Origin: a plasmid
Sequence record: NZ_CP014128.2
Reading direction: 5' to 3' (one strand)
DNA length: 64,000 nucleotides
Each line of letters begins with the position of its first letter. The stretch's first letter is position 1. Of the stretch, positions 40,971 through 53,154 are shown in pieces. A program made the position numbers and the translations under genes. The notes below the pieces were generated by a model. The model did no database searches. It was not told where the DNA came from and saw only the letters and a program-made list of their open reading frames with translations.

Positions 40971-41276
40971 TTAGTTTGTGCTCCGCAACTGATCGGGCTT
41001 ATAGCGGCTATTCAGCACGCTTAAATCCACTTTTTTTGCTGCGCGGTCAAGGTCATAGGCCGCCTGTATGCGTAGCCACATTTCAGGTGTACTGCCGATC
41101 ACAGCAGATAATCTAATGGCCATTTCTGGGGTGACAGCAGTAGTTCCGGAAACCATTCTGGAAACAGTCGAAGGTGCAATTGCCAAAGCACGAGCCAGTT
41201 CCCTGATCCCGATACCGAGGTCTTCCATGATATCGGAAATAACTTCACCAGCGTGCGGGGGGTTATGCATTTTCAT
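40971..41276 (-). CDS. higA: HigA-family antitoxin (XRE HTH)
   Basis: HTH IRELARALAIAPSTVSRMVSG. It sits downstream of and overlaps (ATGA) a RelE/ParE-fold toxin gene, giving the inverted HigBA order. Confidence 0.8.
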   Translation of the reverse strand: MKMHNPPHAGEVISDIMEDLGIGIRELARALAIAPSTVSRMVSGTTAVTPEMAIRLSAVIGSTPEMWLRIQAAYDLDRAAKKVDLSVLNSRYKPDQLRSTN

Positions 41277-41554
41277 CAGTGATAATCCTCATAATTCAGA
41301 ATCCAGGCATCCCCATCTTTAAACTCAAAAGTAATGCGCCAGTTCCCTGTGACCGTGATCGACCAGATACCTTGTCTGTCACCTTTAAGTGGATGCAGCC
41401 TGTAGCCGCTGAGGTTCATATCCTCAATATTTTCAGCAAGGTCGATAACCCTTAAGCGAGTACGTAACCGTTTTTCATGGGCTGCATTAATTTTTCTGGT
41501 TGAGCCGGTGGTGTAAAACTCTTCAAGCCCCTTGTGTAGCCAGGTTTTGATCAT
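41276..41554 (-). CDS. higB: HigB-type (RelE/ParE superfamily) toxin, 92 aa
   Basis: MIKTWLHKGLEEFY...LSGYRLHPLKGDRQGIWSITVTGNWRITFEF, the typical HigB/plasmid-maintenance killer pattern. It is upstream of its antitoxin. Confidence 0.75.
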   Translation of the reverse strand: MIKTWLHKGLEEFYTTGSTRKINAAHEKRLRTRLRVIDLAENIEDMNLSGYRLHPLKGDRQGIWSITVTGNWRITFEFKDGDAWILNYEDYH

Positions 41555-42114
41555 CCGTGTTTCCCAGTGTTGCCTGATGTGGAACATCATAGCATGTGTT
41601 GCATCTAATGCAACAGAAGGGTTAACAGACAGCAATTTCTTAAAGAAGATGAGCGATACAGATATGACACTGATTTAACAGACTTTACGGGTTGACACTC
41701 TCTCTTCAATACTCACATCTACGCATCCGTTCCTCATTGATATCCCGGCCACATCAGGCAACGACTGCGGAGCTTGAAGGCATGGCTGTAAGAATGGCCG
41801 CCTCATTGATGGATAAAAACAGCTAAGCGAACTCAAAAAACTTTGCGCGCTTCAGCGCAGGAAAAAGCGTGTGGCAGGACGGCGGGGCTGTTACCTCGGC
41901 CGGCAGAGAGAAAACCGGACTTTAGCGAAGCGGTGCCGATATTTCAAAGAGTTACACCATATTTATTTCACCAGACGGCTTCATAAGCTGTTCTACACTT
42001 ACATCTTCAGTCGCGCCATTTGACTGAAAAAGCCGCATCACGAAGAGGGTGGCGACAGCAATGCATCACGCAGTCGCCACCCTCAAAACTGATCATGCAA
42101 GAGAGGTGAACACT

Positions 42115-43248
42115 ATGAAAGCAGTTGTCTATAACGGACCATTTGACGTTTCAGTCAAAGATGTCCCGGATCCGAAAATCGTTCGTCCCACCGATGTGAT
42201 TGTCCGTATTACCACCACCAATATCTGCGGTTCTGACTTACATATGTACGAAGGGCGAACCAGCTTTGAGCAGGGTCGCATCTTCGGCCATGAGAATCTG
42301 GGCCAGGTTGTTGAAATTGGTAGCGGTGTAGAGCGGATTAAAGTCGGTGATTATGTCTGCCTGCCCTTTAATGTCGGCTGCGGCTTCTGTGAAAATTGCG
42401 AGAAAGGGTTAACCGGTTACTGTCTGACGGCCAATCCGGGCACGGCAGGTGCCGCCTATGGCTTTGCGGAGATGGGCGAATGGGAGGGTGGACAGGCGGA
42501 ATTACTTCGTGTTCCCTTCGCTGACTTTAACTGTCTGGTTTTGCCTCCGGATGCGGCAGAAAAGGAGGAAGACTACGTTATGCTGTCCGACATCTTCCCT
42601 ACCGGCTGGCATGCCACTGAGCTGGCAGGCTTGCGCCCTGGCGAGAGTGTTGCCATTTACGGCGCTGGCCCGGTCGGCTTAATGGCGGCGCATTCGGCCA
42701 TGATTAAAGGCGCATCACAGGTCTTTGTGGTCGATACCCATCCGGACAGACTGGCGTTAGCCGAACAGCTTGGCGCAGTGGCGATCAATGGCGTGGGCGA
42801 TGACGCGGTCAATAAAATCCTCGACCTCACCGATGGGCGCGGCACGGATTGCGGTTGCGAATGCGTGGGCTACCAATGCTGCAATAAACATGGCCACGAA
42901 GATAACTCCGCCACGCTGAACAGCCTTGTTGCATCAACTAAAGCCACGGGCGGGATTGGTACGGTAGGCGTTTTTGTTCCTCAGGATCCCGGCGGGGCAA
43001 CCGAACTGGCTAAAGAGGGCAAAGTGCCGTTCGATTTCGGTACGTTCTGGTTTAAAGGTCAGTCAATGAAGACCGGCCAGTGTAACGTGAAAGCCTACAA
43101 CCGCCAGCTCGCAAGGCTTATCCATCAGGGCCGAGCCAATCCGGCGCAGATCATCTCGCATCGTCTTGCACTGGCAGACGCTCCCGAAGGCTATAAGCAT
43201 TTTGACGATCGGGATAATGGCTGGACAAAAGTCATTCTGAAGCCCTGA
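42115..43248 (+). CDS. fdhA: Glutathione-independent formaldehyde dehydrogenase (Zn-ADH family)
   Basis: VSVKDVPDPKI...ITTTNICGSDLHMYEGRT...GHENLGQVVE...NVGCGFCENCEKGLTGYCL, close to Pseudomonas FdhA. There is a GAGAGG RBS. Confidence 0.85.
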   Translation: MKAVVYNGPFDVSVKDVPDPKIVRPTDVIVRITTTNICGSDLHMYEGRTSFEQGRIFGHENLGQVVEIGSGVERIKVGDYVCLPFNVGCGFCENCEKGLTGYCLTANPGTAGAAYGFAEMGEWEGGQAELLRVPFADFNCLVLPPDAAEKEEDYVMLSDIFPTGWHATELAGLRPGESVAIYGAGPVGLMAAHSAMIKGASQVFVVDTHPDRLALAEQLGAVAINGVGDDAVNKILDLTDGRGTDCGCECVGYQCCNKHGHEDNSATLNSLVASTKATGGIGTVGVFVPQDPGGATELAKEGKVPFDFGTFWFKGQSMKTGQCNVKAYNRQLARLIHQGRANPAQIISHRLALADAPEGYKHFDDRDNGWTKVILKP

Positions 43249-43539
43249 GTCGTGACGCACAGGATATAAGCCACATTCAGGCGGAGGTGAGAAGCAGAAT
43301 TAAAAGCCTGTCTGTGGTTCGGTGCTTTCAGGGGGTGTTATGACTCTTATGAGAAAGAGGCGAGGTGAAAGCGTCGGGGTGTTGCAAATTAAATCGAATG
43401 GCTCTTCGCAGAATGACTTAGCGTTTAACTTTTTTGATAAAGAAAACATCAGCTTCAACGGATTCTGAACATGCCATGGCTGATTCGCAGTGCCTCATGC
43501 TGATATTATAAAGCGCTGTCAGATAGCCATGGAGGTGTT

Positions 43540-43792
43540 ATGTCACACATTATTTTATGCGATACCCGTGCCTGCATAAAGGCGCTGAAAAGCGATCCCA
43601 TTGCCATTGTTAAATGCAGGGAAGGGTTATCCGGTCGCAATACTCAACCACAATCATCCTGCATTTTATTGCGTCCCGGCTGAGCTATACGAACTGATAC
43701 CTGATGCCCTTGACGATCAGGAACTGGTTAAGCGGGTCCACGAACGCAGCAACCAGTCTCTGCTTGATATCGATCTGGATCAGCTTTTGTGA
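43540..43792 (+). pseudogene. RelB/StbD (Phd-YefM-type) antitoxin gene with a +1 frameshift in an A-run (near 43612)
   Basis: Frame A gives MSHIILCDTRACIKALKSDPIAIV, and frame B continues NAGKGYPVAILNHNHPAFYCVPAELYELIPDALDDQELVKRVHERSN, which together resemble StbD/RelB. Confidence 0.55.
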
Positions 43793-44075
43793 GTTATAAC
43801 GTCAAATTCAGGAAGAGGCTTTTAAAGAGTGGCAGTAGCTTGACAAATCTCTCCAGCAGCAATTTGCTAAAAGTCTGAAGAAATATTGTGATAATCCCCA
43901 TATCCCCTCGGAAAAACTACGTGGGATTAAAGACTGCTACAAAATAAAAATTCGGGCGTCCAGTTTTAGGCTGGTTTATCAGGTGATCGACGATTAACTG
44001 ATCATTGCGGTAGTGGCTGTCGATAAGCGTGAGCGCAGCAATGTTTATGATCTTGCCAGGGAGAGGATGCGGTAG
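43789..44075 (+). pseudogene. RelE-family toxin gene, inactivated by a -1 frameshift plus in-frame TAG and TAA
   Basis: The GTG start overlaps the antitoxin stop (GTGA). The translation VSYNVKF / EEAFKEWQ-TAG-LDKSLQQQFAKSLKKYCDNPHIPSEKLRGIKDCYKIKIRASSFRLVYQVIDD-TAA-LIIAVVAVDKRERSNVY aligns with E. coli RelE. Confidence 0.65.
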
Positions 44076-44236
44076 TGAGGCAGGATGAATCTGAAGCTAT
44101 TAATATCGCTGAACAACCTTAAAAATTATGCAGTCATGATAAGAACGTTATCATTGACTTGATACATGCCTTTTCATCGCATCAATGAAATAGCCTTAGT
44201 TTGCACTCTGCAAAGGATCAGGCTTGTAACTGCTAC

Positions 44237-44670
44237 TCAGCACGGATAAATCCACTGTTTTAGCCGCCCGGTCAAGGTCATAGGCAGCCTGGATGCGAAG
44301 CCACATCTCTGGGGTACTGCCAAAACAGCGGCTAGTCTGATAGCCATCTCAGGCGTTACAGCGGTGATGCCAGAAACCATTCTTGAGGCTGTCGAGGGTG
44401 CGATAGCCAAAGCACGCGCTAACTCCCTGATTCCGATATCAAGATCTTCCATAATATCGGAGATAATTTCACCTGCGTGTGGGGGTTCTGCATTTTCATC
44501 AGTAATCATCCTCATAGTTTAGAATCCAGGCATCACCTTCTTTAAATTCAAAAGTAATGCGCCAGTTTCCCGTAACGGTATCGACCAGATACCTTGCCTG
44601 TCACCTTTCAGGGGATGCAATCTGTAGCGACTGAGGTTCATATCCTCAATTTTTTCAGCCAGATCTTATT
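44237..44670 (-). pseudogene. Degenerate second copy of the higBA module: frameshifted higA plus a 3-prime fragment of higB
   Basis: Nucleotide similarity to 40971-41440. The HigA-like ORF diverges out of frame after ...MAIRLAAV. Upstream there is only about 150 bp matching the higB 3-prime end. Confidence 0.6.
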
Positions 44671-44820
44671 ATTTAACATAATTAGTATTTTACGCATCTA
44701 TACGCGATGTCATTTAACCAATTAATCTTGTCGAAGATCTCTTTGTATCCTAATACCACTGCGCCTTTCAGAGCACACTCTTTAGAATTGCTACCTATCA
44801 CCAAGTGAATTTACCTATAT

Positions 44821-45402
44821 GTGATTCATTGCTTACAGAGGCTCGTTCAGAATAGCGCAGATGATTTATATGGAGGACAAGCTTCCGTGACACTGACACA
44901 AAAATCCGCTCATCTGGCCTGGTGCGCTCTGGCAGCTCTTGCATTTGCACGTCAGGACGGTACCGTTTCTTCTGCTGCTCAGGAAAATCTCTTTCTCACA
45001 CGCTGGCTGGCAATCGCCCTGAAGCAGCGCCGCTTTTACCGTGAGGTTGCACCTGACATTGAGTGGCGGCTGAAGCAGGGACGCCAGTATGGCGTCAGCG
45101 CAAAGCTTGCAGGCAAGCTCGACTACCTCTGGCGCTCCTGTACCGGCGAGTTATCTCAGCAGAATGACCTGTTCCGGCTGACATATGCCCTGGAAATGGC
45201 AAAAGATATGTGTTGGGCCTACCGGTTGCTTAGCGATCGGGAGTGGTCTGGAAGGCACGCCACTATCCTGAATGCTGGCGTAGACGGAATTTATCTGTCT
45301 CGTACCAATCTGGATGCTGCGTTCGACGATGACGGCCAGCAGCTTATACCGGTAATGGCTACGACTTACCGGGCGCGTTCAGGGACTGAAAACGCTTTTT
45401 AA
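44821..45402 (+). CDS. Hypothetical protein (193 aa, no family recognised). GTG start in the track; the true start is uncertain.
   Basis: Open frame with coding-like codon usage between the TA remnants and the rpn pseudogene. No motif I can name. Confidence 0.35.
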   Translation: MIHCLQRLVQNSADDLYGGQASVTLTQKSAHLAWCALAALAFARQDGTVSSAAQENLFLTRWLAIALKQRRFYREVAPDIEWRLKQGRQYGVSAKLAGKLDYLWRSCTGELSQQNDLFRLTYALEMAKDMCWAYRLLSDREWSGRHATILNAGVDGIYLSRTNLDAAFDDDGQQLIPVMATTYRARSGTENAF

Positions 45403-45819
45403 CCGCTGTGGATGGCAGATTGCTATTCGTGAGTCTTCAGGACTGTATGAGCTGATTGCAGAAAAAACTGATGAAACAATAATTAAGGAAAATTGGCTCA
45501 GCTAATAATGTCTTTAAACTGACCGCAACAGCAATCTTTACTGACTATAGTGAACATCTGTTAAAAGAATGAGTTTTAAAATTGAACTTTAGGTGATGCT
45601 AAAAAGGTTCAGAGCGCTTCGAAACATTTACTGCTAGCGCGCGGGGGAAATTACCAATAAGGAGTTATGGTGAATTTATCCCGATTAAATGATGCCAAAA
45701 GCCCATAACATTAATGAAGTTCAAAAATGGCCCGGGTATCACTGAAAGGCGGGACAGTGAAACAACTGGCAGACTGAGCCTGACGGTTCAATGGCAGACC
45801 AGGAAGAATAGCGAATTAG

Positions 45820-46761
45820 TTAGTGCCGGATTTGTGCCAAATCGTCTTCCGTCAGGCCAGTCATTTTCATGACGGTGCTCCGATCGATACCGTTCTGCAG
45901 CATGGTCCGGGCAACTTCGATTTTGCCTTCGTTTCGACCTTTTTCAATGCCGCGCTGTTCACCCAGCTGGATACCTTGCTCAATACCTTTCTCGATGCCT
46001 TTTTGCTCTAATTGCTGTGCGATGGTCATGAGTGCATCTCCGTGTTGCGGCACACGCTGTGCCAGTTCGCGTACAAAGGCTTCGGCGTCTGACGTGTCGC
46101 CAGCCTGTACAATATAGCGTACCAGCGATATTACTTGTGATGAAGACAGATATCCGGCCAGCAGAATGGGGACAAGCCTGTCGACCAGTTCAGCCAGATC
46201 CCGCTGATGAATATGCTTCTGCAGCAGAGTCAGGGCAGCCATACTGCGATGGTCCGCGATTTCATCATCTGGAATAACCGTAACATCCACCAGGGGAAAT
46301 GAGCTGCCATAGAGGTTTTCCGCCAGCGCTGGGTCATCGAACTCATCAAGCCATCGGGTTGAGTAAGGATAAGGGCTGCGCCTGCCGGTATAGAATAGCA
46401 CCGGTATCACCAGTGGCTGCTGTTTATGGCCTGCCTCAAGGTGCCGCTACATGGCGGCAACAGCATACCGCATAAGCCTGAAAGCCATATGCCGGTCAGG
46501 AGTAGACTGATGCTCGACGAGAACATGTGTATATCCATCGCCTGCAGTGGTCTTAAGGCTGTAGAGGACGTCGCTGAAATATTGGCGGAGGTCGTCTTCA
46601 ACAAATGAGCCGGATTCAAGCTTCAGCGTACTTAGATCACAAATAGCAAGCAGCTTTGCGGGCAGATGGAGTTCCATGAAATCACGGGCGACATCCGGGT
46701 GGGTAAGAAACTGCCGGAACGTAGCATCGTGAGGCGTTGGTGTGCGGTTTTTCTTCTTCAT
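45820..46761 (-). pseudogene. Rpn-family recombination-promoting nuclease (YhgA-like, PDDEXK) gene, interrupted by a single in-frame amber codon
   Basis: N-terminal part [28 protein letters not shown]...[56 protein letters not shown]..., collinear with E. coli RpnA. The TAG sits where Q is expected. Confidence 0.75.
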
Positions 46762-47036
46762 AAGTTCCGGCTCTGAAAATTAATCGACCTAAGTTACCAC
46801 AGGCCCACAACCGTCTATATTGATAGCGGACGAATCTGCTACCCCTGAAAGTTGCCATCGGATTATTTTTGGCGACCAGGGACTCACTGACTCATAGAGC
46901 GATTGCTAATAGTAGCTGTTGCCTGCTCATTCAGGCATCAAAACAGAGCCGTTAACTGAGAGCTTCATAAGTCTTTTTATTCTGAATGAGTACAGGTAAA
47001 AGTCAGTGTCGAAAGAATTCATCTTTCTCTATTTCT

Positions 47037-47456
47037 TCAGGCCACGCTGTGACTGATTATTTGACCGACAAACTCCCGAACTTCAGCAGCCTGTTCAATA
47101 AAACCGCTCACGACGTGGCTGAAAGTGGCTTCATCAAGCTGAAACAGCGACTGCTGGAAACAGAGGCGCACCTTATACTGCTCATCCATTGCCAGCCAGC
47201 AGCCCTGCATTGCGGCCATTTCAAAGTTCAGCTGTAACAACAGTGGATAAAGCGTCAGCGAGCACTGCGGATCGGTTTCGGTTAACTGACAGTGAATCAG
47301 CAGGCTGTCACTCTGTTCCGGCACCTCCAGCACCGCGGCTTCCTGCCCCTGAGCATCGTACAGGGCGCATACCCCGTCCTTCAGATGCAATGGCGTTTTG
47401 CAGCCCGCAGAGAAGTACTGTAAAAATTTCTCCACCTGCCGTTGTGATGCTGTCAT
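47037..47456 (-). CDS. dspF: DspE-specific type III chaperone
   Basis: 139 aa, with MT.SQ..VE.FLQYFSAGCKTP.HLKDGVCALY...AAVLEVP..SDSLL.HC...E.DPQ.S.TLY..LLQLNFEMAAM.GCWLA, matching Erwinia DspB/F. Confidence 0.9.
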   Translation of the reverse strand: MTASQRQVEKFLQYFSAGCKTPLHLKDGVCALYDAQGQEAAVLEVPEQSDSLLIHCQLTETDPQCSLTLYPLLLQLNFEMAAMQGCWLAMDEQYKVRLCFQQSLFQLDEATFSHVVSGFIEQAAEVREFVGQIISHSVA

Positions 47457-47511
47457 CTTCTCGCTCCTTAATTCTCTGTTTAACGGTCTGGCTGGCGACG
47501 ATTAACCGCGG

Positions 47512-50500
47512 TCAGCTTTTCATTTCAAACCCTTCTTTTCTCAGCTCAGAGAGAGCCGATGCCACTTCCGGATTGGCTTTAGCAATGTCACCCTCGAGAG
47601 TGAAGCGCCGGGGTGTGTCCTGGTCCTGACCGTATTTGAAGTTAATGGTGCCGATATTGCGTTCCATACTGACGCCCGCGCTGTTGCTGGCGCCCAGTAA
47701 GAGCGTCGGCGTGTTGAATCCTTCACTTTTGGTAACATTCTGGCTGACGCTGATTGATCGGATGCGCAGGTTATTACGATCCTGGAACAGCAGCCCCAGT
47801 TCCTCGCGCCCTACTTTACCGTCCAGAATGGCTTTTTCCGTCTGATCGCGCAGGCCATCCTTCAGCTCCATCGAGACGCTGGCGCTACTGAACGGCGTGT
47901 TTTGCAACTGTTTGATCAACCCCTTCAGTACCGGATCGTTATCTATCATCGCGCTCAGACGGGTAGCATTAGTGGGTGGCAGGGCCGCGTTAAAATGCTG
48001 CTTCAGCATATCCACAATACCGTTCTCATCCAGCCGGGACAGATTGCTGTAAGAAGTACTGTGCCTGGCCGAGCCCAACCCCATCACGTTGGTTTCAGCA
48101 GCCTGCTGCTGCAGTACCAGCTGTTCCAGGTTGCGTACCGCCTCATATCTGTCGTCACCGATGACCTTATTGCGGGTAAAATGGCGGTGTAACTCGTTCA
48201 GTTGCTTTGAGGGTTCAGGGTTTTCCTGTTTTTTCAGGTCGGCCAGCAGTTTGGTGCTCTCGCTGTCCTTGAAATGTTTGCCTAGCGTGGAGGTCAGCTC
48301 GCTGATATCGTTGCTGGTTACCGGATCGGCCTGCTTCATCTCCACGCTGATCCTTTGGGTGGTGCGGTTATCCATCGCCAGCGACACCGCCACGTTAGTG
48401 GAGGTGAAGGCCGGAAAAGTCCCGACGGACTTAGCCGGCTGTTTGGTGGCATTGTCGGTGACCTTACCATCATGAGTAAAACCGTGGGCGACACCGACAC
48501 TGAAGGTAAGGTTGGCCCCGACGTTAGCCGAGTTAAGGAAAGTCGCACGGTTGTCACTGGCCGCGACCGTGCTGCCAAACTCGCCTTTTTGCGTACTGCG
48601 TTCGCGTCTGGCGGTCATCAGGTTAGCCGAACCGCTTACCCCGGTGGAAATACGGGCGGTTACACCGTCAGGTTTTGCGCCGTCGTTGGTGATGTTAATC
48701 CCGGCACGCAAATCGAAGGCCGCTGAGGTATCGACGTTGAACACCAGTTTGGTGCCCTGCTTCATCTGATGTTCAATCCCTTTTTTCATCAGCTCGGTCG
48801 GCGTCAGCGTGCCGTGCGTCAGGCCATGCAGAAAATCAGGCAGTTCATCTTCGGTCAGTTTGAAGTTAAGACTGTTTTGCAGCGTCCCCTGGACGTTACT
48901 GCTGATGCTGCCGCCGATACGAAAATCCGGGCTGATCTTATGTTTTTTGCTCAGCCAGTCGCTGGCATTTTCGGCGGTGTTTTTTTTGCCGGTCATGTAG
49001 GGCATTAAATCGTGGCCGGTAGCAACAGAGATGGTGCCGGTTGCCCCCCCGTCACGACCAAAGGTGACGTCCAGTCCACCGCTGGTACGGCCAAAGCTCA
49101 GGTTATAAGCACGGTCGAGGGTGATCCCCGCGCCGGGCACGATCGGCACCGGGATTTTGTTTAGCGTCGGTACAAACGCGGTGCTGAGGCCACCGCCGTA
49201 GGCACGGCTGAAACTGATGCTTTCGCCGCCGTCCAGCGACAACAGCGTGTCTTTTAATTTTTTCTCCAACTGGGCGTTGCCCTGGGTGTCCAGCACGGTG
49301 CGGGTGGTCAGGTTGACGCCGTGGTGCTCTTTCTTAAAGGCGTTGATAAAGGCTTTCACCGCATCGTAATTGGCCTCCAGCGGTGCGTTATGGCTGAAGC
49401 CCATGTCGGTAAACTGCTTCACCGGGTTAGCGCCATACTGCTTTTCGCGCAGGGTATCGAACTGCTGACGCAACTGCTTGATCTGGTCGGGATCGGGCTG
49501 ATGTCCTGATACCAGTGCCGCCTTATCCGCCAGCTGATGCAGATCGCCGATGGTAACGGTATCCAGAATCAGCCGCGATTTGGTGAGGGATGTTTCGTCA
49601 TTGGGATCGCGCTGACGCCCCATCGGCACGTCACCTTTCTGGTGACTCATATTTACCCCGGCTTTGACGAAGTGTCTGAGCAGCGCTTGCAGCTTACTTT
49701 GTGGTGACGGCGCGGCAGAGCTGACCGCTTTTTCTAACGCTTTACTGAGGTCACGACCTGAGCGGTTGACGTTAAAGCTTTGAATGACCGCCTTACTGGC
49801 TGAAGGTCTGAACTCTTCGTTAATCTGACCGTTGCTTTTCAATACCCCCTGATGCTGACCCAGTTCAGTGGCCGAGCGGACGGCATTCTGTTCCAACTCT
49901 TCACGGAACCGCTTCATATCATTCAGCAACGCCGCACCGTGTTCACCTAAATCCAGCACTTCCATTTTGCTGTGCAAATCCATTTGTGTGCCGCTGTTAC
50001 GCACGTTGTGCGCTTCCAGCTGCTTAATCAGTGCGCCCTGCATTTCGTAAACCGAGCCCAGACCACGCCGTCCCTGCCAGTTATGCTGTATGTTGTAGGC
50101 CGCATTCTTGATCGGACGCGGCGTCGCCATCGTCGGATTGAAAATATAGGCGCGCACCCGATCGGTAAATTTACTGGTGATTTTGCGGTTTTCCATCCCG
50201 GTCTGCCCGCCCACCTGCGCAGTAAGCTGCATGTTCACGCCGGTTCCGGGGATCAGGCGGCCTTTGAGGCCCTGATTTAAACGGGCAAATACCTGTTCCG
50301 AACCACGCTGGCCTACCTCCAACGGCCCAGACTCTGGCGCGGTATGCGCATGCCACTCCCCTTCTCTCAACTTATGCAGGGTGCCGTCAGCCATCGTGGC
50401 GACCGGCTGGTTGTCATGGTCCATCTCCAGCCGTTGCAGTTCACTTTCGCTGTGCGGCATCGCCAGTTTTTGCCAGTTACCGCCAGCCTCCCCGCTCTGC

Positions 50501-53109
50501 CACTGCTCACGAGGCTGATGGAAAATCTCGCCGTCGTGGTTTACGGCGTAAAGATTCTGGTGATTGTCGACGTGTATATCCTTCAGAGTGCCGGTGATTC
50601 CTTCACGGCTGAGGGTTTGCACTGGTCGCGCCAGTTGCTGGGTGCCAGGCTTGATCTGGAATGAGCGAATGTCGCCTTTTTCCGACAGCGCCAGATATTT
50701 ATTCACCCCAATCACCGCCATCGCCTGAGCTTTATCAGCTTTATCCAGTCCCTGAAGGGCGCTTCCCGGCTCCGGCTTGTTGCGTACATGCGGTAGCGTA
50801 AAGAAGTTATCTTTGCCCTGACTGATGGAGGAGGTGCTCTGGTTAATATCCAGCCGCTTTACCTCACCCTCTTTCAGAATATATGCCGCGCCGTCCAGCC
50901 CTTTTTTCAGCTGCTGACAGTCTGATTCTGCGGCGGTCCAGCCTTTGGTCAGCTGGTCGAAGTAGTGAACCTTCCCTTCCTGAAGCGTCAGGCTGCCTTC
51001 ACGCCCCATATTGAGAATCTGATGCGGCTCCGGGTTAACATTTTGCAGGCCAAGATGACTGTTGATAACCAATGTGTCGCTGAGATTCCAGCCCGCATGG
51101 AACTGATGATCGTCGCCCAACGGGCAGGCGTGTTGCTGTCTGAAGTTATCTTTTACCAGCGCATTCAACTGACCGTGATTGTCAGTGAAAAAGCCTTCAA
51201 TACGGTGGTCATGTCCGAAATGCTGTTTGAGCACCTTTTGTGACATGCTCTGCATCGGCAGCTCGCCCTCTCTGACATTCGATAATACGCCGCTGTAGAG
51301 TTTGCCTTCGCTGTCGGCGGCATACAGCTTGCCATGACTGATACCAATTGATTGCGTTTCCAGATGAGGTTCACCCCGCTTCAGCATCTGCATGGTATCG
51401 GCAAGATGCAGGCTGAACTGAACACGCTCTTCCGGAGAGGTATTGGACGAAGGCATCAGGCACATATGATGCGAGCTGTCTGTATCGGTCAGAATCGCCA
51501 CCTGTCCATGCTCACTGACGGCGAATGATTTGATCTTATCAACGAACTTTTCGGAGGTGTGATTATCCGACAGGTTGTGTAACGACCGACCATCCTGCAC
51601 CGCATAGAGTTTGCCATCGGCCTGACGGGAAAGCTGGCCATGCGAATCGTTGCCGGCGGTCTGCCAGACGCCAATTTCCGGATTGAGAATATGAATCTTA
51701 TCGTCGTGCAGACAAATCGACTCGCCTGCCGGGTGCTGCCAGACGCCGCAGAGCAGGGAGCGGTGAACGTCTCCCGGCTGATTGACATTTAGTTTATTCT
51801 TACCGTCAGTACCGATGCTTATCTGAATTTTACCGTTGTTATTCTCCAGAGTGACTGGCGTATCGCCAACCTGCGCCAGCTTTGTCCTGATATCAGAGGA
51901 CTGGCTGTTATGCAGCACGCTGTAGCCGCTCTCATGACTTTTAATATCAAATAGGCGGCCCTGTTTATCGAGTAGCAGATGCTGACGGCCATCGCTGCTG
52001 GCAGAGTGGGCCAGATAGTGCTGATCTTTTTTCCCCAGCGTTTGTGACAGTAGCGTATTGATCGCCGGAGGATTGCTGGCGGCCAGCTGCAATTTACCGT
52101 TTGCCAGCGTCATACCCAGCGTAACAACAGGAGTGGTACTCAGCTTCGACGGTACCTGAAGGGGCGACGGCTTTATGCTGCTTTCGGTTTCCAGCATGTT
52201 CTCTGCAATCGGTGACAGGGTTGGCTGGAACTTACGGGCTAGTGGCGTTGGTATACCTAACCGTGGCGGCTGCGTGGGGTTTTCCCGCTCACGCGCCATC
52301 ATCTGCTGGTGCATCTGCTGGAACTCTCTGTCGTCATCTTCTTCCGTGATTTCTGACGTGCCGGAAGGCGTGGCGGTGGTGGTCTGATGCACTTCAATTT
52401 GCTGATGGTGGCCATGCCCGTGAGTTTCACCCGAACCGTGCGTTGTTTCAGGACTGCCTGGCGGGGTGGGGGGGAGCTCTTCAATCTCATGGTGACTGAC
52501 GGGAATATTAATCGGCGTATGGCTGCCAGTGGGAGAAGGTTGGTTCATTCTGCTCAGTATGTTCTGCCTCATCTGGCTGAAGTTTTGCAACTGATGATGC
52601 TTAAGGTGCGTCGGCACGCTATCGGTATGGCCTTCTGTTACCCTTTGCCGACCGCTCATATCGTCAGGATTGTGGCGTTTCGCGCCATCGGAACGGGTCA
52701 GGCGAGCGGCTGCTGACGGAGCGGCAGTTTCAGTTTCATTGTCGACCTCATGCTGCGCCAGTAAATCCCCCAGAGTCGGACGTCTGATTCGGCCGATATC
52801 TGCTGCTGCCGAGCTGGAGGTCGCGGTCTGTGCTGAGGGTTTCTCAGATTTTTTAAACCCGAACATGCTTTTCAGGCTGAAAGATTTTTTTTGCTGGCGA
52901 CCGGTACTTTTTCCATCCTGCCCGGTGAGCTGCTGATGGACATGGGGTAACTTTCCACGATTTTTACCATCGGCTGCCAGCGATCCGGCAGCAGCCTGCG
53001 GCGTGCTGCTGCTGCAGCCCTGTTGCAGCGCCGCCCCATTTCCGCTCTTCTTCTGCTCAACGTTCTGTATTACGGCTTTCTGTTCAGTGCCATGCAATCT
53101 CAACTTCAT
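47512..53109 (-). CDS. dspE: AvrE-family type III effector DspA/E (1865 aa from [10 protein letters not shown])
   Basis: Collinear with E. amylovora DspA/E throughout. Examples: the WxxxE-like regions, ...[26 protein letters not shown]..., ...[29 protein letters not shown]...EGFEMKS at the C-terminus, followed by dspF. Confidence 0.95.
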   Translation of the reverse strand: MKLRLHGTEQKAVIQNVEQKKSGNGAALQQGCSSSTPQAAAGSLAADGKNRGKLPHVHQQLTGQDGKSTGRQQKKSFSLKSMFGFKKSEKPSAQTATSSSAAADIGRIRRPTLGDLLAQHEVDNETETAAPSAAARLTRSDGAKRHNPDDMSGRQRVTEGHTDSVPTHLKHHQLQNFSQMRQNILSRMNQPSPTGSHTPINIPVSHHEIEELPPTPPGSPETTHGSGETHGHGHHQQIEVHQTTTATPSGTSEITEEDDDREFQQMHQQMMARERENPTQPPRLGIPTPLARKFQPTLSPIAENMLETESSIKPSPLQVPSKLSTTPVVTLGMTLANGKLQLAASNPPAINTLLSQTLGKKDQHYLAHSASSDGRQHLLLDKQGRLFDIKSHESGYSVLHNSQSSDIRTKLAQVGDTPVTLENNNGKIQISIGTDGKNKLNVNQPGDVHRSLLCGVWQHPAGESICLHDDKIHILNPEIGVWQTAGNDSHGQLSRQADGKLYAVQDGRSLHNLSDNHTSEKFVDKIKSFAVSEHGQVAILTDTDSSHHMCLMPSSNTSPEERVQFSLHLADTMQMLKRGEPHLETQSIGISHGKLYAADSEGKLYSGVLSNVREGELPMQSMSQKVLKQHFGHDHRIEGFFTDNHGQLNALVKDNFRQQHACPLGDDHQFHAGWNLSDTLVINSHLGLQNVNPEPHQILNMGREGSLTLQEGKVHYFDQLTKGWTAAESDCQQLKKGLDGAAYILKEGEVKRLDINQSTSSISQGKDNFFTLPHVRNKPEPGSALQGLDKADKAQAMAVIGVNKYLALSEKGDIRSFQIKPGTQQLARPVQTLSREGITGTLKDIHVDNHQNLYAVNHDGEIFHQPREQWQSGEAGGNWQKLAMPHSESELQRLEMDHDNQPVATMADGTLHKLREGEWHAHTAPESGPLEVGQRGSEQVFARLNQGLKGRLIPGTGVNMQLTAQVGGQTGMENRKITSKFTDRVRAYIFNPTMATPRPIKNAAYNIQHNWQGRRGLGSVYEMQGALIKQLEAHNVRNSGTQMDLHSKMEVLDLGEHGAALLNDMKRFREELEQNAVRSATELGQHQGVLKSNGQINEEFRPSASKAVIQSFNVNRSGRDLSKALEKAVSSAAPSPQSKLQALLRHFVKAGVNMSHQKGDVPMGRQRDPNDETSLTKSRLILDTVTIGDLHQLADKAALVSGHQPDPDQIKQLRQQFDTLREKQYGANPVKQFTDMGFSHNAPLEANYDAVKAFINAFKKEHHGVNLTTRTVLDTQGNAQLEKKLKDTLLSLDGGESISFSRAYGGGLSTAFVPTLNKIPVPIVPGAGITLDRAYNLSFGRTSGGLDVTFGRDGGATGTISVATGHDLMPYMTGKKNTAENASDWLSKKHKISPDFRIGGSISSNVQGTLQNSLNFKLTEDELPDFLHGLTHGTLTPTELMKKGIEHQMKQGTKLVFNVDTSAAFDLRAGINITNDGAKPDGVTARISTGVSGSANLMTARRERSTQKGEFGSTVAASDNRATFLNSANVGANLTFSVGVAHGFTHDGKVTDNATKQPAKSVGTFPAFTSTNVAVSLAMDNRTTQRISVEMKQADPVTSNDISELTSTLGKHFKDSESTKLLADLKKQENPEPSKQLNELHRHFTRNKVIGDDRYEAVRNLEQLVLQQQAAETNVMGLGSARHSTSYSNLSRLDENGIVDMLKQHFNAALPPTNATRLSAMIDNDPVLKGLIKQLQNTPFSSASVSMELKDGLRDQTEKAILDGKVGREELGLLFQDRNNLRIRSISVSQNVTKSEGFNTPTLLLGASNSAGVSMERNIGTINFKYGQDQDTPRRFTLEGDIAKANPEVASALSELRKEGFEMKS

Positions 53110-53154
53110 AACCTGCCCCCCGTCCCGCATCCCGCGTGAAACATTAATGAAAGT

